The position numbers were made by a program, and so were the translations under genes. A DNA stretch of 64,000 bases, from the IMG/VR virus record IMGVR_UViG_3300037141_000177, positions 1 to 64,000 of that record. One strand, written 5' to 3'. Origin of the DNA: a virus. Each line of letters starts with the position of its first letter. Within the stretch, counting starts at the first letter, position 1. Positions 46,201 to 55,663 of this stretch are shown piece after piece. The notes under the pieces are model-generated. The model was not told the origin of the DNA and made no database searches. It worked only from the letters and a program-made list of their open reading frames with translations.

Positions 46201-46445
46201 TGCTTGCCGTCCGGCGGGTTGTGGCCACGGCCTTCGTTGTTTGCAATGAATTCTTTCATGGCCACGATCATGTCCTCGCGACTGGCGCTGGAGATGTAGT
46301 TCATCCGGCCTTCATGGGTGCCTGTCATGAAGATCATCAGCGTAAAGCCGATGGGAGGAGGGAATATATCGCCCAACACATGGGCGATCTTGTTCATTGA
46401 TTCGCGATAGTCCGCTTCGATTGGTCGTTCGCCGTCTGTGGTCAC
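46197..46445 (-). CDS. Small phage hypothetical protein
   Basis: GFTLMIF....GRMNYISSA.REDMI..MKE. Confidence 0.7.
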   Translation of the reverse strand: MTTDGERPIEADYRESMNKIAHVLGDIFPPPIGFTLMIFMTGTHEGRMNYISSASREDMIVAMKEFIANNEGRGHNPPDGKQ

Positions 46446-46500
46446 TGTGGTGCTCCTTTTTGGAGATGGCTACATTTGGAGCCATCTCTTTGTGGTGTGT

Positions 46501-46833
46501 TCATGCTGGTTTGCCGTTGACGGCCGCGTGCACGGCTGCGATCAGCAGCAGGCCGATGTCGTGCCGCATCTTTCCGTCCTCGACGCCCTGGTGAGCGATT
46601 CGGGCGAGTTCGACGGTCAGCGCGTCGACGTTCGGTTCGATGCCCGCCGCGGTGCGCGGCGCTTGGCCCATCATCGCGCGGTACACGGCGGCGCAGACGT
46701 CGCGGCCAACCTCCGGTGTGGACTGGCGGTGCCAGTTGACCGGTCGCTCGGCATCGCCGGCGCTGAGCATCCGGTCTGTCGGCTCGAGCGGGGAAAGCTG
46801 CCATGCGGTTTCGTCGAAGGTGATCGTTTTCAA
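46501..46833 (-). CDS. Hypothetical protein
   Basis: P.EPT..ML.AG...VYRAM...AP module. Confidence 0.6.
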   Translation of the reverse strand: MKTITFDETAWQLSPLEPTDRMLSAGDAERPVNWHRQSTPEVGRDVCAAVYRAMMGQAPRTAAGIEPNVDALTVELARIAHQGVEDGKMRHDIGLLLIAAVHAAVNGKPA

Positions 46834-47111
46834 TGCAGCCCCACGATGATGGCGTCAAGCGCTTCGCACTCGCTGGGATCCAAAAGACGCCCTATGTATG
46901 ACGGCGGAACCTTGGCCGAATACTCGGGTGGGAGTCCCGTTCCCCGCACTTCGCCTCCCGGGTTGCAGCCTGTGAGCCATGAAGTGGTCATTGCTTCGCC
47001 GAAGCCGTCAGCGGTGACGATGCACGCGCCTAAGAACTGGGTGCCCTTCGGACGACGCGCGTCGGCAAAACTCAGCCAGTAAAGCGTGGGAGTAGCTTTT
47101 TTGCTGGTCAT
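46830..47111 (-). CDS. Hypothetical protein
   Basis: YWLSFAD...FLGA..V...GCNPGGEV. Confidence 0.65.
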   Translation of the reverse strand: MTSKKATPTLYWLSFADARRPKGTQFLGACIVTADGFGEAMTTSWLTGCNPGGEVRGTGLPPEYSAKVPPSYIGRLLDPSECEALDAIIVGLH

Positions 47112-47287
47112 GGATCGACCTTTTCGTTGGTGTCGACGGAATGGTCCGCCAGCGCGGCGTCGATGCGCGCGAGCAGCTCGACGGGCACGCTCAACGTCCG
47201 AAAATTGCCAATCGGCAGACCTGTGCGCATACTTTTGTTCGCGTGGCGCTTGAGCGCGGCCAGTTCGCGCAGCAGGTCGAGGCTCAT
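47108..47287 (-). CDS. Hypothetical protein (59 aa, below ORF-track cutoff)
   Basis: MSLDLLRELAAL...; ATGA-coupled on both sides. Confidence 0.55.
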   Translation of the reverse strand: MSLDLLRELAALKRHANKSMRTGLPIGNFRTLSVPVELLARIDAALADHSVDTNEKVDP

Positions 47288-47583
47288 TTCAGCCCGCCGA
47301 AGTCACTGTCTGGCACGATCACCACATCGCCGTGGATGCTGTATTCGTTTACGCGGCCACACTTGTCGTGGTAGATCGCGGTGGCCTTCGGATTGATCGG
47401 ACGCCCATCGACCATGCCTGTGTCGTCCACCAGCATGACGTGGATGTGATCGGGCAGGTTGACGCTGTCGAGGCATTCGGCACCGATCAGTTCGCAAACC
47501 TCTCTGATGGACAGCTTGCCTGGAAGCGGCGATTCGGCGCCGTCGACGCGGATTAGCTTGCGGGTGACAGGTGGGTTATTCAT
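47284..47583 (-). CDS. DUF3846-like protein
   Basis: MLVDDTG....PINPKAT...IHGDVVI. Confidence 0.7.
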   Translation of the reverse strand: MNNPPVTRKLIRVDGAESPLPGKLSIREVCELIGAECLDSVNLPDHIHVMLVDDTGMVDGRPINPKATAIYHDKCGRVNEYSIHGDVVIVPDSDFGGLK

Positions 47584-48116
47584 GTTGGGTTTCCGGTGGC
47601 AATGACGGCTCGAGCTTCGTTGCAGAGTGCTCCTGCAAAGCATTCGCACGGGCCTTTAGGTGGGATCGCATCTTGTGGGCATCCGTGATAGTGGTGCTCG
47701 CCAAACTCGTGCAGAAGGCGCCTGATCATCTCCAGTGGAGCGCTCGCGGCTTGCGCATTGGCTGCGCCGCCGTTATAAGGCGTCGATGGCTGAAACCCGT
47801 CATCGACTGGACCGTCGGCAAAGTCAGGACCGGCATCGGCTTGCGCACTGGCTGGGGGTGCGGCGTCGTACAGCGGGTGAAGTTGGCTATTGGCTATGAA
47901 TGTCGGGGCCTCGAAACCGATAGCCTTGACCACGCTGCCACCTTTGCCGAGATCGTTCCACCAGTACGCCGTTGGGTCTGTGGTGCTGGCCTGGTCCAGA
48001 TGCTTGAGCACAAATGACAAGTCGCCGTGCGTTTTCTTCCATGCTGGGTTTGCATCGCTGGGTCGCGCGCTCGCATGTGCCCGTCGGATCTGCAGCAGAC
48101 GCTCATCGCCCGTCAT
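47580..48116 (-). CDS. Hypothetical protein
   Basis: Coupled ORF. Confidence 0.6.
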   Translation of the reverse strand: MTGDERLLQIRRAHASARPSDANPAWKKTHGDLSFVLKHLDQASTTDPTAYWWNDLGKGGSVVKAIGFEAPTFIANSQLHPLYDAAPPASAQADAGPDFADGPVDDGFQPSTPYNGGAANAQAASAPLEMIRRLLHEFGEHHYHGCPQDAIPPKGPCECFAGALCNEARAVIATGNPT

Positions 48117-48517
48117 GTTGCCGCTCCGCTCGCAGCATCTGCGTGCGCAATCGCAATGTTGATCGACTCAATAATGCGAGTGGTCATGCTGTCGGTATCT
48201 GTCTCGAGCGTCAGTTCGTTGCCTTCAGCGTCGTCGATCTCGACCGATCCCGAGTCTTTTTCGAGGCAAATACGCATGACGTAACCTATCGGCAATTCGG
48301 CTGCTGCGCGCTGCATCGCCTCCTCACCGGCGTTGGCTTGCTTCCTTTTCAACAGCGCGACCGCGTGAAGGATTGGACCGGCGCCACCCGATTCTTCAGG
48401 GTCGATATCGAGTGCATGGGTGATCGCCGCAAGATCGCGCACGGCATCTTCAAACATACGCGTCATTGCCCCGAGTTCGTCGCGCGCTCGCTCGATTTCG
48501 TGATTGGAGTCGGTCAT
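48113..48517 (-). CDS. Hypothetical protein
   Basis: Coupled ORF. Confidence 0.6.
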   Translation of the reverse strand: MTDSNHEIERARDELGAMTRMFEDAVRDLAAITHALDIDPEESGGAGPILHAVALLKRKQANAGEEAMQRAAAELPIGYVMRICLEKDSGSVEIDDAEGNELTLETDTDSMTTRIIESINIAIAHADAASGAAT

Positions 48518-49083
48518 GGCGCGTCTCCCTTTGCGAGGGTGCTCGGGGCTTGCGCATTGGCAGCGAGAATGTTTTGGGCTGCGGCATACATATCGCCTTC
48601 CTGTAATTCCCATGATTCCCCTAGATGCCCGGTCGTCTTTTGGCCTTCTTTCTTGATGGCCTCGACTACGGCTTCTTTCGTCAGCACGGCTTGCGCATTG
48701 GCTGCGTTATCTCGATAGCGCGGCCGAGCGGGCGGGGGCGTGGCGCGGGCGTACATGGCGTACGGGCCGTCCTCCGTGTCGTAGATATCAATGAGCATCC
48801 ACCCGGTGCCTTCCGGCGGGGTGGGAATCCAGTACGAGCAGTCGGCATCGGCCGCATCGTTGTAGCGGTCGTATGCCTCGCTGTCGTCCGCTTCCATGCT
48901 CACGAAGTCGGATTCCATGCCGAAGGCTGCGAGGAACAGGTCTGTTCGCACATCCTCGTCGTATAGCGGAAACGCCGGATGCGTCAGCCAGCCTTCGGCA
49001 TCGCGGGCGATCTCGCGCGGTGCGAGCAACGCGTCGCGCAGGCCCTCGAGTTCGGCGGGAGCAGCGATCACGGGATCGGTCAT
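48514..49083 (-). CDS. Phage hypothetical protein
   Basis: RD.EGWLTHP, W.P.PPEG.GW.L..IYDTEDGP. Confidence 0.7.
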   Translation of the reverse strand: MTDPVIAAPAELEGLRDALLAPREIARDAEGWLTHPAFPLYDEDVRTDLFLAAFGMESDFVSMEADDSEAYDRYNDAADADCSYWIPTPPEGTGWMLIDIYDTEDGPYAMYARATPPPARPRYRDNAANAQAVLTKEAVVEAIKKEGQKTTGHLGESWELQEGDMYAAAQNILAANAQAPSTLAKGDAP

Positions 49084-49742
49084 TGGAGGACCACGCTCAG
49101 CGGTGGCACAAACTTCATGGCCAGACGCGTCATTGCGGCGAGCTGGCGCACCGCTTCCGGGCCGTCGATGGTCGCGATGTCTTGCAGAAGGGGAAGGCCG
49201 GACTTGATCGAGTCCATGACTTCATATTGGGTCGCCGCGCGTCCCTGCGCGTACCACTGCGTATCGGTCGGCTCGCCTAACTGGAAGACGACGCCGCCGT
49301 TGGATTTGATCACTTTGAAGGACGTCGTCACCCACACGAGCGTCACGCCCGGGTTGCGCTCGAGCATGATTCCACCCGGTGCGTGTCCCTCCTCGGGGAA
49401 GTTGGCATCACGGCGTACGGCTTTGGGCATGATCAGGAACGGGCACGCGGTTGCTGAAAAGACCGAGCATTCGCGGTGCGCCGGCGGCTCGGCAGATATG
49501 CGATTGACCGAGCACATCGGCCCGATGGTGAAGGCAACAAACTTGCCGAGCGGCTCGCCACATACCCAGCAGCGCTTCTCCTTCACGCAGCGGACGAGTT
49601 TGTCGCCGTCCGCGATGCGAAAGTCCGGCTCGCCGTCGACGTACCCAACGAAAAATGGGATGGGGTAGCCTTTGCTACTCACTGGCAGGGTTCGGATGCG
49701 CTCAGGCATGAACGGCAGGGATTCGCGGTGCGGATGGCTCAT
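49080..49742 (-). CDS. Cys-rich hypothetical protein
   Basis: GYPIPFFV, CWVCG, IGPMC, EPPAHREC, ACPFL. Confidence 0.75.
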   Translation of the reverse strand: MSHPHRESLPFMPERIRTLPVSSKGYPIPFFVGYVDGEPDFRIADGDKLVRCVKEKRCWVCGEPLGKFVAFTIGPMCSVNRISAEPPAHRECSVFSATACPFLIMPKAVRRDANFPEEGHAPGGIMLERNPGVTLVWVTTSFKVIKSNGGVVFQLGEPTDTQWYAQGRAATQYEVMDSIKSGLPLLQDIATIDGPEAVRQLAAMTRLAMKFVPPLSVVLQ

Positions 49743-49813
49743 GCGGGTTCCTGTGCGGTTGTGTTCGGGCAAATGAAGAGGGTCATGCTACACGTCAGCG
49801 TTATCAAAGCGGT

Positions 49814-50173
49814 TTATGGGTCGTGGCGCTTCGTGGGCGCTGCGCCTGCACGCTGGGCCTGCTCAATCACAAGCCTGGCGTCGACGCCGACCTCATACAC
49901 GGTGTTGCCCACTTGGGCGCGGGCGGTCAATGGGCCGAGCGAATCTGCGCCTGGCGCTGCGGAGTTCCAGCGGCAACCGGCGCAGCGCGCGTCGAGCGGT
50001 CGGCTCAGTGTGTACTGGCAATCAACGGAGAACACGTTTTTGACGCTCACGTACCGCGGGTGGCGCTTTATGTTTCCCCAATTCATATCCTCGACGTCGT
50101 ATCCGTCCTGTGCCATGTAGGTCGTGGACTCACGCGGCTTGTTGTGGCATCCGTACGGGGCAGACGTGCTCAT
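49814..50173 (-). CDS. Hypothetical protein
   Basis: YGCHN, DCQY, CAGC; SD AGGA. Confidence 0.6.
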   Translation of the reverse strand: MSTSAPYGCHNKPRESTTYMAQDGYDVEDMNWGNIKRHPRYVSVKNVFSVDCQYTLSRPLDARCAGCRWNSAAPGADSLGPLTARAQVGNTVYEVGVDARLVIEQAQRAGAAPTKRHDP

Positions 50174-50225
50174 GGAGGCTTTCCTGAAATCCGCTCGCCT
50201 GTGTGCCAGCGCGAGCGGCGAGACG

Positions 50226-51068
50226 TTACTCGGGTGACCCTAGCAGGATCTTGGTGCCCGTCTCTCCCTCGATCTGCGACCAGATGGCGCGAAACGCTGC
50301 CTCGAGCACTTTGTGTGGGCGCACGAGTTCGTACCAGATGTGCAGCTGGCCACCGTTGACGCGGTACTTGATGCGCGCCTCGATCGCGTACGGCTCGCCG
50401 TTCTCGAACACCGGAATGGACAGGACCATTACCGTGGGCATCGTGATTTTGTTGCCCGCGGTCGCGTTGACGTCCTCTTTCCAGACAAACGTCGTGCTGC
50501 CGTCGCTTAAGCGTGCGGCCGACACGAAGCTGGCGTCCTTGCTGGCCTCGAAGTTAAGCGCGACGGTTAGCATGGTGGAGCCGTCCGGCGTCACGATATC
50601 CGGGAGGTTGTCCTCGATCAGCGCGGCAAATTCAAGCTGGTCCAGCTTCGTGCGGTCCTTGTCGGTCCACGTTTTCCACTCGCGGGAAGGCGGCACGGCA
50701 AACTCGACGCGGTATTCGCGCCAGTTCGCGCCGTCGTTCAGGGCTGGTTTGTCCTTCGATTCTTCGTGGTCGTCGATCACGCCGAGGATGCGCGCCGGGT
50801 TCAGGGAGGCATAGATCAGGCTCTCGACGCGCTTCTGACGATTGAAGTACGAGGTGAAGCTGGCGGAGTCGCGGAGCTTTACCGTGCCTCTGGCGCGAGC
50901 TGGCTCCGTGAAAATGTCGGTAACAGGCGCGACGGTGTAACCGGGCGGCACCAGCACGAACGGCTTGCCATCGGGCAACGGGCTTTTCTGGATCTCGGCC
51001 AGACCAGCGCCGGCAGCGAGGACAGCGGCGAGGTCGCGCTCGCCGTTTGATGCATCGATCTTCGACAT
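50226..51068 (-). CDS. YfdQ/DUF2303-family protein
   Basis: SF..Y, S.EW..W, Q.EFA..IED, IPVFE.G, ARIKYR. Confidence 0.85.
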   Translation of the reverse strand: MSKIDASNGERDLAAVLAAGAGLAEIQKSPLPDGKPFVLVPPGYTVAPVTDIFTEPARARGTVKLRDSASFTSYFNRQKRVESLIYASLNPARILGVIDDHEESKDKPALNDGANWREYRVEFAVPPSREWKTWTDKDRTKLDQLEFAALIEDNLPDIVTPDGSTMLTVALNFEASKDASFVSAARLSDGSTTFVWKEDVNATAGNKITMPTVMVLSIPVFENGEPYAIEARIKYRVNGGQLHIWYELVRPHKVLEAAFRAIWSQIEGETGTKILLGSPE

Positions 51069-51105
51069 TACATTTCCGAATAGTTGAGGGGTGGGGCGCT
51101 ACGCG

Positions 51106-51432
51106 TTAGTTGCTGGACGAGCGTGAGTCGGCCAGCGAAATGCCTGGCAGTTCGGTCTGGCGCTCGCTGTGGCGCGACAGGTTGTTTTCGAAGGTGGGGA
51201 AGAACACCTCTGCGGTTTCCTTCTCGCGCGGCAGGGAGGTGGTGACCTTGCCGGTCACCTCGAGCGCGTCGGCGACCTTGGAGAACGGCTTCACGTCGAT
51301 AGTGACGGTGATCTTCCCGGGCTTGCCGGTGTCGCGGACCATCGACACCAGTTCGTTCAATTGATTGGTGGCTTCCTCGACCAGTTCGCCGCCGCGTAGC
51401 TCGACCAGCGTCTGCGTAAATGCTTTCTTCAT
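51106..51432 (-). CDS. Partner protein of DUF2303
   Basis: L.ELRGG...L..LV..V..TGK.G.I...P......FF....NNL.R. Confidence 0.75.
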   Translation of the reverse strand: MKKAFTQTLVELRGGELVEEATNQLNELVSMVRDTGKPGKITVTIDVKPFSKVADALEVTGKVTTSLPREKETAEVFFPTFENNLSRHSERQTELPGISLADSRSSSN

Positions 51433-51560
51433 CTCAAAATCCCTTGTAGAAGAACCAGATTTCCGGATTGCACCGCGCGTGGCGCGGCCAAAGCCGGTAT
51501 GTCAAGTAGGGCGTCACGTCGCTGCGCGTGGCGAACTATTCGTGTGGAAACAAGCGTTTT

Positions 51561-51785
51561 TCAGCCTCGAGGGACCGGGAGGCAATGGGCAGTGACGACG
51601 CAGCCGTTTTTGCCGCTCAGCCAGACGACGGAGGTGTGGCCCGACAGAACCATCGCCGGGGTGCGGGTGGTGTGAAGCGTGGGCTTGCTGATGCCAAGCA
51701 CTTCGGTGTAGGAGACGGTGTCGCCCACGTTCACGATGGTGTTGAACGCATTGGCTTCCTTCTCCGGCTCGGAGATGTTCCTCAT
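51561..51785 (-). CDS. Hypothetical protein
   Basis: FN....VG..V.Y...TRTPA.VLSGHT.VVW. Confidence 0.65.
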   Translation of the reverse strand: MRNISEPEKEANAFNTIVNVGDTVSYTEVLGISKPTLHTTRTPAMVLSGHTSVVWLSGKNGCVVTAHCLPVPRG

Positions 51786-52156
51786 ACGACGCCTCCGACC
51801 TTCTCGAGCGCGGCACGCGCGTGGCGCATCCACACGGTGACGAAGTCGATCATGTCGGCACCGCTCAGGTTGGTGTCGTTCTCGATATCGGGGTATTGCT
51901 CGATAAACGCCTTGATAACGCTCACGCAATCTGTCGCTGCGCGCTCGGACGTGGACGCTTGGCCGCGCAGTCGTGCTGGCCACGATCCAATGATCCGGCT
52001 GCTGTCGCGGTTGTAATCGCTGTGGAGCACGCTCTTTGCCGGTTCGAACGATTGCCAAATCTGAACCAGCCTCGCAGCCTCGCGCAAGCCGTCCGCGTAG
52101 GTGATCTGCGGTCCCGGGACGATGGACGCGCCGTCGCCGAAGTTGATGTCGCTCAT
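51782..52156 (-). CDS. Hypothetical protein
   Basis: ATGA-coupled. Confidence 0.6.
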   Translation of the reverse strand: MSDINFGDGASIVPGPQITYADGLREAARLVQIWQSFEPAKSVLHSDYNRDSSRIIGSWPARLRGQASTSERAATDCVSVIKAFIEQYPDIENDTNLSGADMIDFVTVWMRHARAALEKVGGVV

Positions 52157-52584
52157 TTGGCGGCTCCGGCTTTCACGGTCCGACCGGCCTCGAGGATCGG
52201 CAGTCCCGCCTCGGTGGGCACGTAGATGACCTGTCCGCCTTTGCCCTCGCTGTCTGACAGCTTGTTGATCCACAGGTAGCGCAGGTACGCCGCGCCCTCA
52301 TCGCCCTTAAGCGACTGCCCGATGATCGCGTTCGCTTTGGCGACGCCTCCCGCCCGGATCACCTCGGCATTGGCGAACGACTGCGCGCTTTCTTCCTTCG
52401 CTTTGGCGTCCTGCACCTGCACCAGCTTGCTGTAGTTCGCCTGCGCCAGTTCGGCTTCGCCGTCCATGCGCTGCGAGTAGACCTTGTATTGCGGGTAGCC
52501 CCACATGCAGCCGCCGATGGACGACACCACGATCACCGCGACGGCGAGAACGAGGGTGCTGGTCACGCGTACGTCACTTGCCAT
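52153..52584 (-). CDS. Membrane protein with SPFH/band-7-like C-terminal coiled coil
   Basis: N-terminal TM; YLRYLWI...VIYVPTEAGLPILEA. Confidence 0.75.
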   Translation of the reverse strand: MASDVRVTSTLVLAVAVIVVSSIGGCMWGYPQYKVYSQRMDGEAELAQANYSKLVQVQDAKAKEESAQSFANAEVIRAGGVAKANAIIGQSLKGDEGAAYLRYLWINKLSDSEGKGGQVIYVPTEAGLPILEAGRTVKAGAAK

Positions 52585-52664
52585 TTCGACTCCTTTTTAT
52601 GAGCGTTATCAACGGATTTAGAGCGCCTTGAGGCGCTCGCCATGCGTGTGGATCGGGGGGGGTG

Positions 52665-52916
52665 CTACCGCGCGCTTCGCGTGTGGGAAAAGGCGGCATG
52701 CGGCAGGACTGGCGAGGCCGGAACCGCTCGAGCGGCGGGCGCGTCACCTTCGATGCGCTTGATGCGCGCCTTGAGCATGGTGGTGCTGTGCTCGTAAAAC
52801 TCGCGCTGGCATTCGTGCTCGACCAGCAGGAAGCGCGCAGCGGCCAGCTTTTTAGCGGCCTCGCGCTCGGGTGAATAGGTGATGAACAGGTCGATCAACT
52901 TCCCGTAAAGGCTCAT
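52665..52916 (-). CDS. Hypothetical protein
   Basis: SD GGAG. Confidence 0.6.
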   Translation of the reverse strand: MSLYGKLIDLFITYSPEREAAKKLAAARFLLVEHECQREFYEHSTTMLKARIKRIEGDAPAARAVPASPVLPHAAFSHTRSAR

Positions 52917-52942
52917 GGCTTGGTGACTCCGCAGTCGTGATG

Positions 52943-53125
52943 CTAGTGGGCGATGGTGAGGTGGCTAACACCGAGGGCAAGAGCGACGTACCAGAGGGTT
53001 GCGATGGGGAAGCTGAACCCAAGCATCCAGCCGATGACGCGCAGGCTTCTGGCGGGGCTGTGCGTCGTCCGAAATCTGCCGCGCAGCTTCAGCAGGTCTG
53101 TCTTGCCGGGGATCGTCGTGTGCAT
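52943..53125 (-). CDS. Small membrane protein
   Basis: SD GAGG; one TM. Confidence 0.5.
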   Translation of the reverse strand: MHTTIPGKTDLLKLRGRFRTTHSPARSLRVIGWMLGFSFPIATLWYVALALGVSHLTIAH

Positions 53126-53185
53126 ATCGCCTCTTGTTCGTGTGGGGCAAGTATGTAAGTTTAGAATCTTCCCCGCAAGAAGATT

Positions 53186-53200
53186 TTGCTTATAACGCAA
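53186..53200. promoter_or_regulatory. Candidate operator at the head of the leftward early array
   Basis: TTGCTTATAACGCAA; adjacent minus-strand TTGCGG-17bp-CATACT. Confidence 0.6.
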
Positions 53201-53311
53201 AAATTCCGTGATATTGTTGTCGTGTTGTCATTGATAACGCTCACCGATTGGTGATTCTGTTGTCAGGCGACAAGCCAGCCAAGCCTTTGTAAACAAGCGC
53301 GCGTTCATGTT

Positions 53312-53327
53312 GTCGTGACGCCAAGCT
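53312..53327 (+). promoter_or_regulatory. Candidate late promoter
   Basis: GTCGTGACGCCAAGCT before ATG 53360. Confidence 0.65.
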
Positions 53328-53359
53328 GGCCGAATCGGGTTTTTTGCGGGACAGGAACA

Positions 53360-53959
53360 ATGGCTCGGCCATCGATTAGTAAAGAACAGTGGACGGTTGC
53401 TCGCGCAATTTGGGAGAGCGATCCGGTCGTGACATTCGCGGAGATCGCCGAGGACTTTGGCGTCACGCGTCAGGCCGTCCAACTTCACGCCCGACGCCAC
53501 GGTTGGGTGAAGCGCCTCGATAAGCAGACCGTTTCGGATCTGGCTCACGCTGCGGCGGATTCAAAACTTACAGGATCGCCGGCGGACGGATCCAAGCCGG
53601 CGGGGTCTGTTGTCGCGGACACGCTTGAAAAACGCATCACGCGCGCTTTGCCTGATCTGCCGCTCGGTGCGTCGCCTGAAGACGCGCAGAAGGCTGCTGA
53701 AGCCGCCGCGATCGATAGACGGGCGGAGGTGTTGGGTACGCACCGGAAGGAGCTACTGGCCGCTCGCACGCTTCTGTATGGCGCGATCAAATCGAAGGTG
53801 CTCGACGAGGCCAAGCAGGTAAAGATCGCGGCCGAGGCGATGAAGATCATCCAGGACGCCGAACGAAAAGCCTGGGGTCTGGATTCCGATGAAAAGGGCG
53901 GTCGTCCGCAGGTCCAGGTGATCGTGCATCGACGCGCGGGTAAGCCGAATGGACACTAA
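53360..53959 (+). CDS. Terminase small subunit-like HTH protein
   Basis: QW...R..WE......EIA..FGVTRQAV...A...GW; ERKAWGLD. Confidence 0.6.
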   Translation: MARPSISKEQWTVARAIWESDPVVTFAEIAEDFGVTRQAVQLHARRHGWVKRLDKQTVSDLAHAAADSKLTGSPADGSKPAGSVVADTLEKRITRALPDLPLGASPEDAQKAAEAAAIDRRAEVLGTHRKELLAARTLLYGAIKSKVLDEAKQVKIAAEAMKIIQDAERKAWGLDSDEKGGRPQVQVIVHRRAGKPNGH

Positions 53960-55214
53960 TCGGGTCTTGTTCGGGGATTGTCGCGCGTCGCTGCGCCTGA
54001 TGGCCGCTGAAGGTATGCAGGTGCAAACGTGCGTCACGTCGCCTCCGTACTACGGCTTGCGTGACTATGGCGTGGATGGCCAGCTCGGCCTCGAAGAAAC
54101 GCCCGACGAGTACGTTGCCGCGCTGGTGGACGTGTTCCGCTGCGTGCGCGACGTGCTGGCCGACGACGGCACGCTCTGGCTGAACATCGGCGACAGCTAC
54201 GCGGCGAACCGCGGCTATCAGGTCGCCTCCACGCTTATGAATGGCAAGGCCACGAACGAAGCGCAGGCCGCTGGCGGTCGTGGCATGAAGGCCGCTGACT
54301 ATGGGGTGAAGCCGAAGGACCTGATCGGTATCCCGTGGATGGTGGCGTTCGCGCTGCGCGCTGACGGCTGGTATCTGCGCTCGGACATCATCTGGTCGAA
54401 GGGCAACCCCATGCCTGAGAGCGTCACGGACCGGCCGACGAAAAGCCACGAGTACTTGTTTCTGCTCGCAAAGTCCGAGCGCTACTACTACGACCACGAA
54501 GCGGTGAAGGAGCCCGCCGTGAGCGATCACGCGTCGGGTAACGGCTTCAAGCGCGACGCGCGCTTGTCCTACAAAGACGCCAATGGCGCGCGCGGCAACG
54601 ATGAACAGTGGACGGATATTGGCGGTAGACGTAATCGCCGGTCGGTGTGGAGCGTCAATACGAAGCCGTACAAGGGTGCCCACTTCGCCACGTTCCCGCC
54701 GGGACTGGTCGAGCCTTGCATCCTCGCGGGCACAAGTGCGGAGGGGCATTGCCCGGTCTGCAGTGCGCGTTGGCAACGTGTCACAGACCGTCAGGCGACC
54801 GGCTGGAATGGGAGCAGATATGGCGAGGCGGCGCAGGCGGCGACCGGCGGGGCGATCAGCGGCGGCACTGCGCGCAGCACGCTCGGGTCGAGTAACGGCA
54901 GGCTCACCGCCCAATACCTCACGACCGGCTGGCAACCGACCTGCGCATGCGGTGCCGATTCGGTGCCCGACGTGGTGCTCGATCCGTTTATGGGCAGCGG
55001 CACGACTGCGGCTGTTGCTGTCGACCTTCGTCGGGGCTTCCTCGGCTGCGAGCTGAACCCCGAATACGAACATCTTCAAACCGAGCGGATAACGCGCGCG
55101 CGTGCGGCGCTCGCCGAGCGGCTTGCTGCCGCCTACGCCGCTACCGCGCAGGGCGATCTGTTGAACCCAAATTCGTCTCACACCGTAGTTCAATTCGAAG
55201 GAGCAAAGGCATGA
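53949..55214 (+). CDS. Amino (N4-C/N6-A) DNA methyltransferase, beta class
   Basis: TSPPY catalytic motif, HFATFP, DPFMGSGTT. Confidence 0.92.
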   Translation: MDTNRVLFGDCRASLRLMAAEGMQVQTCVTSPPYYGLRDYGVDGQLGLEETPDEYVAALVDVFRCVRDVLADDGTLWLNIGDSYAANRGYQVASTLMNGKATNEAQAAGGRGMKAADYGVKPKDLIGIPWMVAFALRADGWYLRSDIIWSKGNPMPESVTDRPTKSHEYLFLLAKSERYYYDHEAVKEPAVSDHASGNGFKRDARLSYKDANGARGNDEQWTDIGGRRNRRSVWSVNTKPYKGAHFATFPPGLVEPCILAGTSAEGHCPVCSARWQRVTDRQATGWNGSRYGEAAQAATGGAISGGTARSTLGSSNGRLTAQYLTTGWQPTCACGADSVPDVVLDPFMGSGTTAAVAVDLRRGFLGCELNPEYEHLQTERITRARAALAERLAAAYAATAQGDLLNPNSSHTVVQFEGAKA

Positions 55215-55411
55215 CGACCACTGTAAAGATCACCGTTTCGCAAGTGCATGAAGGCGCGCATGTCGAGGTGCAATACATCGATGCGACGTCGAAGAAGCCG
55301 GTCGGACTCGCTGCAAAGCTTGCGCTCGGTGAGAGCGCCGATGTTGTGTGCCACGACGCAGGGTCGCTGCTGATAGAAGAGGTTGGCGGCATTTACCAGC
55401 GCGGCGTCTGA
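55211..55411 (+). CDS. Hypothetical protein
   Basis: ATGA-coupled, SD AAGGAG. Confidence 0.55.
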   Translation: MTTTVKITVSQVHEGAHVEVQYIDATSKKPVGLAAKLALGESADVVCHDAGSLLIEEVGGIYQRGV

Positions 55412-55456
55412 GCATGCGACGCCTTCCTGCGCGGACCGACCTGTTCGGAGGTTCAT

Positions 55457-55663
55457 ATGCCGCTTGACGCTGCGCAGGAGGCCGTGTGGGCGGCTCAACG
55501 TATCGAAAGCTATGCGCGCTTCTATGCTGCGGTGGCATCGGCTAAGGCGGGCAGCTTCGCGCTTGGGCGAGCGATTGCCTCGCGGGTGCGTGCGGCGTCT
55601 GGCGACGAAGCGGCCGAGTACGCGCTTGCTGAGCTGCGGTCCTGCACGGAGCTGTGGAAATGA
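55457..55663 (+). CDS. Hypothetical protein
   Basis: SD GGAGG. Confidence 0.55.
   Translation: MPLDAAQEAVWAAQRIESYARFYAAVASAKAGSFALGRAIASRVRAASGDEAAEYALAELRSCTELWK

Noticed and set aside
53426-53441. GTCGTGAC match
   Set aside because: Inside a CDS and lacks the GC-nAnnnT continuation
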